NCBI GenBank assembly: GCA_951406725.2
Contig: OX597831.1
Span: 44,144,001-44,208,000, forward strand
DNA length: 64,000 bases
Origin: Octopus vulgaris
Lineage: Eukaryota
Reading direction: 5' to 3'
In this document: positions 1 through 13,417 of the stretch, in pieces
How the letters are laid out: every line of letters starts with the position of its first letter
Numbering within the stretch: the stretch's first letter is position 1
The notes under the pieces: model-generated
Seen by the model: the letters and a program-made list of their open reading frames with translations, nothing else
The model's database searches: none
What the model was told of the DNA's origin: nothing
Translations under genes and position numbers: made by a program

Positions 1-298
1 GTATTAGAATCAATCGATATTTTATAGAAAATATTAATTGATTCAATGTTCACACTTATTGTGTCATACTCGAAGAATTACTGTCACACTCTTATGGCTT
101 CGTAATTTTCACCAGCACTGACGCTAACTGCGAATTGACTGAGTCGACAGCGCATCCGACAAATCGCGCAACGCTGTATAATTGCAGCACTTTGCATTCC
201 GAGTTCAAATCCAGCCGAGGTCAACATTGATTTTCATCCCCCCTGGGGTCAATAAATATCACACCACTTTACGATGGTGGTTGGTAGAAACGTTAGAA

Positions 299-795
299 GG
301 CGGCCAGCTGGCAGAAACGTTAGCACGTCGGACGTAATGCTTAGCGGTATTTCGTCTGTCATTACGTTGTGAGTTCAAATTCCGCCGAGTTCGACTTTGC
401 TTTTCATCCTTTCGGGGTCGATAAATGAAGTACCAGTTGCGCACTGGGGTCGATGTAATCGACTTGATACCTATGTCTGTCCTTGATTGTCCCCTCTATG
501 TTTAGCCCCTTGTGGGTAATAAAGAAATAGGTATTTCGTCTGCCATTATGTTCTGAGTTCAAATTCTGCCGAAGTCTACTTTGCCTTTCATCCTTTCGGG
601 GTCGATAAATTAAGTAGCAGTTACGCACTGGGGTCGATGTAATCGACTTAATCTCCTTGTCTGTCCTTGTTTGTCCCCTCTATATTTAGCTCCTTGTGGG
701 CCATAAAGAAATAAGAAACGTTAGAGCATCGGTAGGAATATTGTCGTGCGGTATTTGTTCCGGGTCTTTCGGTTCTGAGTTCAAATTTCGCCGTG
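299..795 (+). mobile_element. tRNA-derived SINE family A, tandem trimer
   Basis: Head GGCGGCCAGCTGGCAGAAACG (A-box-like), B-box GAGTTCAAATTCC, core CTTTCATCCTTTCGGGGTCGATAAA. Units restart at 531 and ~714. Confidence 0.85.
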
Positions 796-1035
796 GTTTA
801 TTTGGGTGGTAGATTTAATTCATTCACCCCCGTCCCACACTTTAAACATCCACCACCTAACCAGTGCTCATGGGGTTTTTTTAGAGTGGTGTTCACATTT
901 TTATAAGTACTCAACCCAGGTCATCGGTTTGAATACGCCTTCCTCCATCTCTCTCTCCCTCCCACCAATCTCAGGTGCCTTTTAAAGCATCATCAGCATC
1001 GACATCTCTCTTGAATAAACGGTTAAATATACAAA

Positions 1036-1232
1036 GGCGGTGGGCTGGCAGAAACGTTAGCACGCCGGGCGAAATGCGTAGCCGTATTTCGTCTATCGCT
1101 ACGTTCTGAGTTCAAATTCCGCCGAGGTCGACTTTGCCTTTCATCCTTTCGGTGTCGATTAAATAAAATCCGTTTGTCTGTCCTTGTTTGTTCTCTCTGT
1201 GTTTAGCTCCTTGTGGGTAGTAAAGAAATAGG
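1036..1232 (+). mobile_element. SINE family A copy with internal deletion
   Basis: Same head, B-box and core as 299-530, ending in AAAGAAATAG. Confidence 0.85.
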
Positions 1233-1243
1233 TTAAATATACG

Positions 1244-1298
<55 letters not shown>

Positions 1299-1310
1299 AC
1301 GACTAAGCAC

Positions 1311-1347
1311 GCTTCTGATGAATGGTCACGTGAAAATTACGTAACAG
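1311..1347 (+). ncRNA. Degenerate minimal hammerhead ribozyme relic
   Basis: CTGATGA (1315-1321), ATG-GTCA-CGT stem II, GAAA, ATTACG, TA, ACAG. Same layout as the 63796-63833 motif, but stems I and III are mismatched. Confidence 0.4.
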
Positions 1348-1366
1348 TTTCATAAATAGTGCATAA

Positions 1367-1421
<55 letters not shown>

Positions 1422-1493
1422 GATATTATTATTTATAATATTATCAGTGGCTTAAGCATACATAAAAAACCCGTAACTGTAAAAGATTATTTA

Positions 1494-1569
1494 TACATAC
1501 ATACATACATACATACATACATACATACATACATACATACATACATACATACATACATACATACATACA

Positions 1570-1601
<32 letters not shown>

Positions 1602-1757
1602 CGACGGTCTTCCTTCAGTTTCTTTCTATCAAATCCATACACAAGGCTTTGGTTGGCCCGAGGCTATAGTAGACGACACTTGCCTTAGGTGCCATGCAGT
1701 GGGACTGAACCCGGAAGCATGTGGTTGACAAGCAAGCTTCATACCACAAAACCACGC
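1494..1757 (-). mobile_element. SINE family B 5' half with (CATA)n tract
   Basis: Reverse complement of the ...TTCCGGGTTCAGTCCCACTGC...GGCAAGTGTC head, abutting (CATA)n. Confidence 0.75.
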
Positions 1758-1899
1758 ATATATATATGTGTGTGTGTGTGTAATCGTTTCGCTCAATGAA
1801 CTATATACTTTTCGTCTTTCTTTGAGCCGTTAATCATTATAATATTAACAGTGAATGTCTCTGGAAAGTTTTTTTTTATTTGTATTTGTTTTGCTTTCT

Positions 1900-1930
<31 letters not shown>

Positions 1931-2376
1931 TACATACATACATACATACATACATACATACATACATACATACATACATACATACATACATACATACATA
2001 CATACATACATACATACATACATACATACATACATAACATACATACATACGTCTGCATGTTCTCTTCCGCTTTTAATGACTTCAATTCTTCTGCTGAGGA
2101 AGGAGCTGGTCTCAAACAAAGATTCAAAGCTCCATCGTTCGAATGAAGTGAACAAAAAACAATGTCGCATTTTAAAGTTGAGAAACATCCTCCTTATTTT
2201 TACTCTTTCACTCCACTCACAGATTGCATGTGCAATGTGAGTGTTAGCTGGCTAATGTTTTTACCCTGAAAACCCTAGCTGATCTAAATCGTCACTTAGG
2301 CATTTACTCACTTGTATTCATGTATGTATGTATGTATGTATGTATGTATGTATGTATGTATGTATGTATGTATGTA

Positions 2377-2675
2377 CGAGACAGATGAGTGACAACCTGG
2401 CCACTGGTGGTGGTGTAACACACCTTACTAATCATATCGGTCGGACATGTGGAAGAGAGTGTAATTCGGCAGGAGGACTTAAACGACATGCAAAGGTACA
2501 TGAAGCCCAGTTCCAACTACAGCCGGCTATTACCAGTAAAAGTCTTTGTTGCCAATTTTGTACAAGACATTGTAGATCTTTAGCTGGGCTAAAAAGTCAC
2601 ATTCGATCACAGCACCAGTAACAGTTAAGCTTCGTGCAATGGCCATACTCGATAACGAGGGGGCAGCCATAATAA
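2377..2675 (+). mobile_element. 3' end of an RTE-like LINE encoding two C2H2 zinc-finger motifs
   Basis: ORF 2328-2621 contains CGRECNSAGGLKRHAKVH and CQFCTRHCRSLAGLKSHIRSQH, then a stop and a short tail GCAATGGCCATACTCGATAACGAGGGGGCAGCC. Flanked by (TATG)n on both sides. Confidence 0.65.
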
Positions 2676-3054
2676 TGTATGTATGTATGTATGTATGTAT
2701 GTATGTATGTATGTATGTATGTATGTATGTATGTATGTATGTATGTGTGTGTATGTATGTATGAATGTATGTATGAATGTATGTATCTTGGTATGTATAT
2801 ATGAGTGTATGTGTGTGTATGTGTGTATGTATGTATATATATATATGTATGTATGTATGTATGAATGTATGTTGGTATGTATGTATGTATGTATTTATGT
2901 TGGTATATATGTATGTATGTGTGTATGCATGTATGTATGCATGTATGTGTTTGTGTAATTATTTACGCATGTACGTATGCATGTATGTTGCTTTTTGTGT
3001 ATGTGGTTTGTATGTATGCATGTAAGTATGTACGGATGGATGGACGGACGGATG

Positions 3055-3388
3055 TTGCGTTTTAAGTGCGTGCTTGAGTCGTGCGGGCCTGGTCAGCCAT
3101 CAGAGAACTCAGAAGAATCGACCCAAGGTAAATTATGATATGGTTATTGTTCACAACAGAGCATGCGCAACATGTTGGAGGAATGAAAAGCTATGTCAAA
3201 AGTGTTCATACTGTGGCACCTGTTTCTTCTGCCAGCCAGCACAGCTGTACATTATACAACGGAATGTGAAAGACTTTGGCCGAACTCAAGAGTCATACAA
3301 GGGCCTCACATGGCATCAACATTGACTCATTTCATTGATTTTTTTCTAGCAATGGATTTGCTCGTATACGAGAAAGCAGCTAAGATTT
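3055..3388 (+). mobile_element. Second, more degenerate RTE-like LINE 3' end
   Basis: LSRAGLVSHQR and KTLAELKSH finger remnants. Tail GCAATGGATTTGCTCGTATACGAGAAAGCAGC resembles 2636-2669. Followed by (TATG)n. Confidence 0.55.
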
Positions 3389-3534
3389 ATGTATGTATGT
3401 ATGTATGTATGTATGTATGTATGTATGTATGTATGTATGTATGTATGTATGTATGTATGTATGTATGTATGTATGTATGTATGTATGTATGTATGTATGT
3501 ATGTATGTATGTATGTATGTATGTATGTATGCAT

Positions 3535-3722
3535 CTAATGCGCTTGGCTCAGATTTTCCTTTGGGGCTGGCCAGATCAGAGTAATCTCAAGATTAATCAG
3601 CCGAAATTGCGAGGATGATCCGGTTCTTGACTGAAGATTGAAGGCTTCGATTGTCCCGTCCGTGTTTTTTTGTATCGTCTTCTAAATGTTTTGCGTTCTT
3701 GTCCCAGTTTGTATTTTTTTTA
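3535..3722 (+). repeat. Unclassified ~190 bp interspersed repeat, copy 1
   Basis: GGGGCTGGCCAGATC...CAGCCGAAATTGCGAGGATGATCCGGTTCTTGACTGAAGATT is nearly identical to 34243-34320. Confidence 0.8.
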
Positions 3723-3739
3723 CATATGTATGTATGTAT

Positions 3740-4414
3740 GTACCTTGTGTATAATACGCACCCCTTCTCTAACTTGAGTCAGGGAGGTCTATATAACGTC
3801 CTTGGTTTGTAAAAATGTATACGGTAACGTCCTTTATTATTATTGTATATATAACATAATGCAAACGTTTAGCTTTTTTGTGCATTTTGTTTGCAGAAAA
3901 TAAAGAAATAACAGTAATAACGTCAGTGAAAAATAAATATTAAGTAAATTGCCTTTACATACTTATCACTATCAGTTACAAAAGCAAAAGCAAAAACGTT
4001 TATTCAAATCCTTCAAATTCAACATCACTTTCAGTATCAAATAACTGTTCCATTTGTTTCTCCGTAAACATGTCAGCATCATTGTAGTGTAAATCTCCGT
4101 CATCGTCAGATTTATAGTCAGCATCAGAAGATTCACTTTCATTTATTGCTGAATATTTTTATTTTAATAAATGTTGCTTACTGTAAGTTATGGATGATTC
4201 TTTTATGACTTCATTGTTTTCAGGCTTAGCTTAAGGTATTTTCACGCCCGACATCACAAACTGCGTCTGGATAAACATTGCCGGGCAGCAAATAGAGACT
4301 CGGACATTGCTTAGAAAATATTTTTCGTTTTTAACCTCGTATATAGTACGCACTAGGGATTTTGATATTTAAATTTTGGGGAAAAAATGCGGATTATACT
4401 CGAGGGTGTACGGT
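3740..4414. mobile_element. Non-autonomous pogo/mariner-type DNA transposon relic
   Basis: Right end TGCGGATTATACTCGAGGGTGTACGGTA; left end TACCTTGTGTATAATACGCACC; subterminal repeat CTCGTATATAGTACGCAC. Confidence 0.6.
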
Positions 4415-4419
4415 ACTTA

Positions 4420-4700
4420 TGGATATACTAGCTTCTGGAGAGGCGTACCTGAGGGTCAACGTTAAGAATCTGGTGTTGGGTTGCTCTCAAGAATTCATTA
4501 GTATCCTCCTTTGCAGAATTTCCAAGTGGAATATCTGAACGAAACATGTCATGCCGTATAAAACTGACAAAATGTAGGTTTCTTACCAACCATGTCTTCC
4601 TTTTGATTAAACTGTAGGACAGTTTTATGATGATCTGGCACAATTATTGAAGAAAGTACTAATTTCTGACAAGCAGGGCATATTGGGAGATTTCAACTCT
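4420..4700 (+). pseudogene. Apurinic-type endonuclease (APE) domain relic of an RTE-like LINE
   Basis: Frameshifted translation gives GISER..SCRIKL and FYDDLAQLLKKVLISDK..ILGDFN; GDFN is the APE motif. Confidence 0.65.
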
Positions 4701-4948
4701 TTTGCCGAACCGCTATGTTACGGGGACGTAAAGATACCAGCATCGCTTGTCAAGCGATCGTGATGGGGGACAAATACACACATACACACACATATATATA
4801 CGATAAGCTTCTTTCAATTTCCAAATCCACCCACAAGGCTTTGGTCGGCCCGAAGCTATTGTAGAAGACACTTGCCCAAGATGCCACGCAGTGGGGCCGA
4901 ACCCGGAACCATGCGGTTGGTAAGCAAGCTTCTTACCACACAGCCACA
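4697..4948 (-). mobile_element. SINE family B
   Basis: Head, internal CA/TA tract and partial tail on the minus strand. Confidence 0.85.
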
Positions 4949-5211
4949 TCTTAAAGTTTCAAGTCACCAATCTTGAAACGAAATGTGAAATATGGTACAA
5001 GAAATCAATTATGATGAATATATAGGAAAACCTGGACAATAAGATGCCGTTTGATTGGATGCAGAAGAATCGTGTATACTAATTAGGAAAAGGAATTTCC
5101 AGTAATTAATTCAGTCTTTGTTGTTGTTTTTTTCTTCCCGATATAAACTTGGTAAGAACCTTCTTCTAAGACATAGAAGAATTACCTAGAAAGATAAAGA
5201 ATTTATGAACA

Positions 5212-5348
5212 GCCTGCTAACCAACCACATGGTTCCGGGTTCAGTCCCACTGCGTGGCATCTTGGGCAAGTGTCTTCTGCGATAGCCCCGGGCTGACCAA
5301 TGCCTTGTGAGTGGATTTGGTAGACGGAAACTGAAAGAAGCCTGTCGT

Positions 5349-5382
<34 letters not shown>

Positions 5383-5598
5383 ATGTATGTGTGTGTCTGT
5401 GTTTGTCCCCCTAACATTGCTTGACAACCGATGCTAGTGTGTTTACGTCCCCGTCACTTAGCGGTTCGGCAAAAGAGAACAGATAGAATAAGTACTGGGC
5501 TTACAAAGAATAAGTCCTGGGGTCGATTTGCTCGACTAAAGGCGGTGCTCCAGCATAGCCGCAGTCAAATGACTGAAACAAGTAAAAGAGTAAAAGAG
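5212..5598 (+). mobile_element. SINE family B, near full length
   Basis: GGTTCCGGGTTCAGTCCC B-box region, internal (TA)n(TG)n, tail ...CAAATGACTGAAACAAGTAAAAGAG. Confidence 0.9.
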
Positions 5599-5929
5599 TA
5601 TAGAGAAATGGATCAGTATTAATAAAAGGTAAAATATTAAGGAATAACAAATAGAACGATAAAACGTAAATTATATGAAAACAGCGCTGAGATGTGGTGG
5701 GATCTGGAAAAGGAGTGAAAAGAAGAAATAGGTTACATATGTGCATTATCTGCTTAATAATCGTAAGCTACGGCTAAATGATAGTCAGTATGGTTAAAAA
5801 CTTGGTCGTGGAATGTTAAGTATTACTGACGGCGTATACGAACGGTTACACATTTGGGAATGCCCGCTCTCGCACACGCATTTATATAAAAGCATATAGA
5901 TTCGTAGTGATGAATAATGCAGAGATGAC

Positions 5930-6400
5930 AAAAAGAATGCCAAGATGGCGTCGTAAAAAATGGGTAAATGGGGCATCACGGTTGCGGAATTAGGGTCTTA
6001 GGTGATCTTGTTATGAAGGTGTAAAGTATGATGATATGAAAACAAATTGAATAAATAAATACATAAAGAAATATTAGCCAATATGGAAGCAATATGTATG
6101 AATGTGCGAAAAGATTTTTTTTTCTTCTTTTGTTATGCTCAATCACACGGACACAGATGCGTACACACATGCGCAAACATATGTATGTTTATAGTTTTAT
6201 AGAAATGAATGATACCAAGAGAGGTGATAGAAAAGATGCCATGATGATGGTGTTAAAAATGGGTAAATTGGGAGTCTCGGTTACGAGATTACTGCCTTAC
6301 GAGATCTCGTTATGAGGTGTGAAAATATAACGGATATCGAAACATAAAAATATTAATGTGAAATCAGTATATGCGTATGTGCGAAAAAATGTTTTAAAAA
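5930..6400. repeat. Degenerate direct repeat (~5930-6120 and ~6231-6400)
   Basis: Both copies share AAAAGA(A)TGCC, AAAAATGGGTAAAT, GATCT.GTTATGA.G and ATGTGCGAAAA. Lies in the 3' region of the minus-strand PLE. Confidence 0.6.
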
Positions 6401-6689
6401 TATGCATGATTTTCTGGTAATATATAACCGTGGAAATTAAAGTTAGGCGACATGTGAAGTGGGACGAGAAAAAATTTAGGGAGGGGTAGAAATTATACGA
6501 AAGTATTAATGAATCAATAATGTATAGGGAAGGTGAGGGGGAAGGGGGAGTGTGATACTATTGCAGCAAAAAGTGGAAGGAGTAGTGAAGAAAAAAGAAT
6601 AATAGAGGATGTTATAGTGAGAGAACAATAGGAATGTCAAGTTTTATCATATTCATTTAGTCTAGTCTGCTGGTTTATAATGTCTGGGT

Positions 6690-8030
6690 AAAATTCTGTC
6701 TGTAGGTAAGTGTGCACGGCATTCCTGTATGGTTAGTCAGTCCATTTTCATCTTGGAATAATATGACGATTTTTCTCTGCTAAACAAAGTCGACACTAGG
6801 AGCTAGTTCCAGCGTCACTGTATTCACAGCTAGATGCCGAATGAAGCGTTTGACCCCGATATTTTAAAGATATTGTCGTTGTTTTCCCGTATGGTCGAAA
6901 TATCACTGGAGAAGCTTGTGGAGTTCTTCCTGTACAAGTTAATGAATAGATGCTTGTGCGGAAATAATCGCATCTTAAAGCAGTTTCCTGCATAGCTAAC
7001 ATCAGGTTTTGTTATCGAGCCTTCCTTCACCTCAGTCCAACAGGCTTTCAGAGTAAACCACATTAACACGGAAGTTAGTTCAATGTCAATTGTTACAATC
7101 ACAGGTAGGGACTGCGATGTTATTTCTGACATGGCGCTTGAGATTTAGTGAAATAATTGTGCTGGTGAAATTCTCACTACAAGAATAACATACTCTGATC
7201 TAATTCCTGTTCAGAGTCTTGTAATATCAATGCAATTTTAAAAAGTGGGGTGAGATCAAACCACATACGTCTTATGTTCGTTCAACCATTCAATCTGAAT
7301 ACTGGATTATACCATATAATTTTCTGGTTCAATTTTTACACTTAGAAGCTAATCTTCCAAAGATCCGCTTCGGCTTAGTGTCTCATTGTAATAGTGTAAA
7401 ACGCGTTTAAATGCTGCCTGACGGAGGACAAACAGAAAATGCTTTTACTAACGTTAAGAACTAAACTATAAAGAATACTTAGCAGATGGTTAGAGCTCTT
7501 ACGGATGTATAATAACCTTTCATTGGGTTTAGGGTAAGGATAAGATTTGCCGGTGTCTAAATTTAACGTAATGTCTAGGACGTTTACAATCGACTGTGAT
7601 CTTTAGACCTAAGTCTCTAGAAAGTGTTATAAGTTTTTCGTCCATCCATCTCTGACTGTCGTTCATATTTCGCAAAAGAACAAACCAATTATCGTGATAA
7701 ATATCCGGACCGATCTTCGTGAATCGACAATAACCGGGCATTAAAGCCAAAATGTTTAAAACAATAATCTTATACAGCTCCGATCTCATCAAATGTACCC
7801 ACGGCTACTCAAAACAATTCATCAGTTTCTTTTCTGTTTTTTTTTTATCCCTGATAGTATTTTCGGAAAATAGAAGGGATTTCTAGGCATATACAGTGAT
7901 GTTTATCTTAGAATCGCTGATAGATGAGGTTTTACTAAACAAAGTACAGCACTTTAAGCAAATAGGATTCATAATTGAGGGATAGAAGTTTGCAACGACG
8001 GATTGCGAACGGTTTTATTTTCCTTCTCTC
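6690..8030 (-). pseudogene. Degenerate Penelope-like element ORF (reverse transcriptase + GIY-YIG endonuclease)
   Basis: Frameshifted minus-strand motifs in PLE order: NFYPSI, KSLLF, VAVGTFD, DIYHDN (YxDD relic), LGLKITVD, VLDITLNLDTGKSYPYPKPN, SSNH, IIWYNP, YSC, FKMR..H..F....KNSTS.S, CRLCLAEK. Confidence 0.85.
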
Positions 8031-8237
8031 GCCATCTTATTCAAATTTGACTTGAGATGTTGCAGAACACTTCGATTGCTGCCAATCGTTTTCTGTCTCT
8101 TGAAAACAAAACAGGAAAACCACAATTTAAGTAACTAATACCGAATGTAGAGTTTATATTTACTATATTAAAATAATGTCCTTTACAAAGCTTCTAAACA
8201 CACACGCGTGCGCGCGCACACACATATACATTCTATG

Positions 8238-8274
<37 letters not shown>

Positions 8275-8307
8275 TAATCAAGATAAAAACATGATGCCAA
8301 GGATTCA

Positions 8308-8385
8308 GTGGTACATATGTTTCGGGCCTTTATTAGACGGATTTATAACAATGCATAATGTGTGTCTATGGCCTTCTTCAACCGC
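8308..8385 (-). ncRNA. Degenerate type-I hammerhead ribozyme upstream of the PLE ORF
   Basis: Minus strand: GCGG TTGAAGA AGGCC-ATAGAC...GTCTA..AGGCCC GAAA CATATG TA CCAC. Palindromic stem III ACATATGT; core C3 is T. Confidence 0.55.
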
Positions 8386-8413
8386 GCACAATTACTACCT
8401 CAAGGACATGTAT

Positions 8414-8528
<115 letters not shown>

Positions 8529-8530
8529 GT

Positions 8531-8845
8531 GGAGGCACAATGGTCCAGTGGTTAGATCAGCGCGGACTCACGGTCATAGGATATCACGGTTTCGATTCCC
8601 AGACCGGGCGTTGAGAGTATTTATTGAGCGAAAACACATATAAAACTCCATGAAACTCCGGCATTTCTGTATTTCAAAGGGCCAGCCTTGTCATGCTCTG
8701 TGTCACGCTGAATCTCCCCGCGAGAACCACGTTAAGGGTACACGTGTTTGTGGAGTGCTCAGTCACTTGCACGTTAATTTCACGAGCAGGCTGTTCCGTT
8801 GATTGGATTAACTGGACACCTCGTTGTCGAAACCGACGGAGTGCC
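8531..8845 (+). mobile_element. tRNA-derived SINE family C with internal deletion
   Basis: GGAGGCACAATGGTCCAGTGG A-box, GGTTTCGATTCC B-box, tail ...AACCGACGGAGTGCC. Confidence 0.85.
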
Positions 8846-8876
8846 GTATTATTAAACATATATACATACGTCTGCA

Positions 8877-8922
<46 letters not shown>

Positions 8923-8942
8923 TGCAGACGTATGTATATATG

Positions 8943-8997
<55 letters not shown>

Positions 8998-9057
8998 TGT
9001 ACATATATATATGTATATACATACATATATGTATGTATATACATATATATGTATATA

Positions 9058-9088
<31 letters not shown>

Positions 9089-9404
9089 GCATACATATAC
9101 ATATATACACATACATACATACAAATATGCATACATGTATATATACATATTTTTCATCTTTTCCTTTGCTTCTTTCAGTGATTCGACTGCGGCCATGCTG
9201 GGGCACCGTCTTGAAGAATCTTTAATCGACCCCAAGTATATATGTATGTATCGCAGCAGTGCCCCGTGGATATCCCTCTGTGCCTATTTTCGTCGTAAAC
9301 TGCCAGCCATAAAACACCTCTTGGAGAATTACGTCGCGTTGAAACCATTGTTGCGAATAAAAAATAACTGTGCAATCATACTCCTTGCCGACTCCAATTT
9401 CTTC

Positions 9405-9463
<59 letters not shown>

Positions 9464-9554
9464 ATGTGTATATATGTAAATATATATGTATATATACGTT
9501 TGCGTATAAATATATCTGTGTGGTTGTATATGTATGTATATATATATGTATGTG

Positions 9555-9592
<38 letters not shown>

Positions 9593-9644
9593 CGTGTATG
9601 TATATATTTATATATATTTATGTATGTATTTATATTTATATACG

Positions 9645-10152
9645 TTTACTTCCCTACAACATGGTTCGGGTTCAGTCCCATTGAACGGAAATTGAAAATA
9701 GCCTGTCGTATATGTGTTTGTGTGTGTGTGTGCGTGTGTGTTCGTGTGTATTTGCGTGTATATATATATTTGTGCGCGTGTGTGTGTCTCTGTATTTGTT
9801 TTTGTCTCCCACAAACGATTGACAACTGGTGTTGGTGTGATTACGTCACCCTAACAACTGTTCGGTAAGTGAGATCCATAGAATAAGTTCTTGGCTTAGA
9901 AAGAAGAGCACTGGGCTCGGTCGTTCGACTAAGATTCTTCAAAGCGGTGCCCTAGCATGGTCGCTGTCTAATGACCGAGAGTGGCTGTGTGGTAAGTAGC
10001 TTGCTTACCAACCACATGGTTCCGGGTTCAGTCCCACTGCGTGGCATCTTGGGCAAGTGTCTTCTGCTATAGCCCCGGGCCGACCAATGCCTTGTGAGTG
10101 GATTTGGTAGACGGAAACTGAAAGAAGCCTGTCATATATATATGTATATATA

Positions 10153-10192
<40 letters not shown>

Positions 10193-10400
10193 TGTGTCTG
10201 TGTTTGTCCCCCTAGCATTGCTTGACAACCGATGCTGGTGTGTTTATGTCCTCGTCAATTAGCGGTTCAGCAAAAAGAGACCGATAGAATAAGTACTGGG
10301 CTTACAAAGAATAAGTCCCGGTGTCGATTTGCTCGACTAAAGGCGGTGCTCCAGCATGGCCGCAGTCAAATGACTGAAACAAGTAAAAAAGAGTAAAAGA
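9645..10400 (+). mobile_element. Two tandem SINE family B copies (old 9645-9975, young 9978-10400)
   Basis: Both show the B head, internal microsatellite and tail. Confidence 0.85.
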
Positions 10401-10464
10401 GATGCAAGATAATATATACATGTGTGTGTGTGTGTGTGTGTGTTTGTGTGCGTGTGTGTGTATA

Positions 10465-10633
10465 GACGCAGGCATGGTTGTGTGCTAAGAAGCTTGCTTC
10501 TAACCACATGGTTCCGGGTTCAGTCTCACTGCGTAGAAACTTGAACAAGTGTCTCCTACTGTAGTCTCGGGCCGACCAAAGCCTTGAAAATGGATTTGAT
10601 GGACGGAAAGACGGAAACCGAAAGAAGCCCGTC

Positions 10634-10675
<42 letters not shown>

Positions 10676-10835
10676 ACATAAATAAATATAAAATACATCA
10701 AGTACAGGACATCAACAACGAGTGAAAAATACGTAAATACACGAGAGACAAATTCGGGACAAAATGCCAAAAGAAGTCTAACCCCTCCTCAGTTGTTGAC
10801 TGTTAAAATACTCGCTATTTCGAGCTTATGCATAT

Positions 10836-10872
<37 letters not shown>

Positions 10873-11068
10873 TCTTCGTCATCGCTCGAGAAAGGATACT
10901 GTTGTTTTTATGTCCCCTGTAAAACAGGGCTTCGGCACATGAGTCCGATGGAATAAGTACTAGGTTTACAAAAACTAAGTCCTGGAGTCGATTTTTTCAA
11001 CTAAAAAAAAATCCCTTTAATGCGGTCCTCCAGCATGGCCGCAGTCAAATGACTGGAAAGAATAAAAT
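10465..11068 (+). mobile_element. SINE family B interrupted in its internal microsatellite by a ~150 bp insert
   Basis: Head 10465-10635, insert ~10680-10830 (related to 57200-57380), tail 10870-11068. Confidence 0.7.
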
Positions 11069-11329
11069 AACCTATATTATACCGGAATACCGTAAAGCAA
11101 AGTTAGTTGAAACACTTAAAAGAATTTTTTGTGCGGAGGACATTATTTTACAAATATAGTTTGCGCATTAAAATCATTTCTAAATCAGACTTGTAAAGTA
11201 AAATTATTGAGATTTCTTTGTTATATGTTGCTAAACATTGTCAAACATTTTAATATGTGTTTTATGAATTCCACTGTACGTGTTTGTTTATTTGTGTTTC
11301 AGTGCTTCCAGGTATGTGAGTGTATGATG

Positions 11330-12050
11330 TGTTTGTGTGCATGTATGCATGTATGTATGAACGAACGTATGTATGTGTATGTATGTATGTATGTATGTAT
11401 GTATGTATGTATGTATGTATGTATGTATGTATGAATGTATGCATGTATATGTGAACGAACGTATTTATGTATGCATGCACGTATGTATGTAAGAATGTAT
11501 GTATGCACGTACGAACGTACTTTTGTATGTATATTTGTATGTATGTATGTATGTATGTATGCATTCACGCATATATGTATGTATGTACGTACGTATGTAT
11601 GTATGCGTGCAGGCATATGTATGAATGTATGTATGTATGTACATAAGTATGTACGTTTATACGTATGTTTGTATGTATCTATTTATGAATTATGTATTAT
11701 GCATGTATGTATGCATGCATGTATGTATACATGCATGAACTTTTGTACGTATGTATGTATGCATGCATGCATGTATGTATTTATACATGCATGTATGTAC
11801 GTATGTATATATGCATGCATGTATGTATGTATGTATGCATGTTTCTATGTACGTATGCGTGTATATATGTATGTACGTATGTATGCATGTATGTATGTAT
11901 GTATGTATGTATGTATGTATGTATGTATGTATGTATGTATGTATGTATGTATGTATGCATGCATGCATGTATGTATGCATATATGTACGTATATACGTAT
12001 GTATATATGTACGTATTTATGTATGTATGATGTATGCATTCATGTTTGCA
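11330..12050. repeat. Degenerate (TATG)n microsatellite
   Basis: Direct inspection. Confidence 0.95.
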
Positions 12051-12623
12051 TGTTTCTTTTTTAGTGTGTGTCTGCCTGTGTTTGCTTGGTACTTGCCCCA
12101 TGTTGGCAAGTAATAAGGGTCTATAGACAGACCCACACGTAAAAGGTAACGCTCACCATAGCAAACATGCATAACTGTTCATTCTTATGATTGTGGAGGT
12201 GGTGATAGGACGATGAAGGCGACGACGACAGTGACTGGGGAGACGGTGGAAGTGATCTTGGTATTGATAATGACGAATGGCGAAAGATGGACGGAATACG
12301 GCACCGAGGTTGAGCGAATGAGAGAGACAGATAACTAAATCTATAGTGATGTCACTCGGTCTCCCAAATCTCAAAATCTTTTTTATTCTGTCTCCCACTC
12401 TCTTTCTTTCTGTCTACCTCTCTCTCTCACCCCCTCTCTCTCTTCTCTCTCTTCTCTCTCCCCCCTTTCTCCCCCTCTTTTCTCTCTCTCTCTCTGTATC
12501 TTTCTCCACACACCGTTATCAACACCCACCGTCATCGAACCACAATTATCAGAGCAACCAACCTTTTTCTTACTATTTGAGTTTTACACTGACACCTCAA
12601 GAAAAACACAAAAACCCTTTATC

Positions 12624-13065
<442 letters not shown>

Positions 13066-13417
13066 ATATATATATGTGTGTGTGTGTGTGCGTGTGTGTG
13101 TGTGTTGGGTGTATACACACACATGTGCACACATCAACTATACACACAACACACACACACACATACGTAACACAAGCACATACTCACACACGTCAGAGTC
13201 ACTCGCCCCTATTACACACACACCCACCTCACCTACACACACGCACGCTCACCTTCTCTTGTTGGAATCACTAGCACTTTATTATCCCCCTTTTATTCAA
13301 CCTCTTTTTTTTACTATTTCCCGTTCCTTTTTTTACCAATCATTCGCCATGGTGGACAGCTGAAATCTACAAGTTTCTTTTTTCATTCTCATTCTGTTTT
13401 TGTTTTTCTTCTTATTC

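Noticed and set aside
259-628. Recurrent short ORFs (MRNWY.IYRPRKDE..., ...[18 protein letters not shown])
   Set aside because: Incidental frames in SINE A and B copies; stops and frameshifts vary between copies.
2089-2143. Hammerhead at CTGAGGA A GGAGCT...AGCTCC
   Set aside because: Stem II is good but the GAAA core is missing; at best a dead relic.
2328-2621. Host C2H2 zinc-finger gene
   Set aside because: No TGEKP linkers, the start lies in a microsatellite, and a LINE-like tail follows directly.
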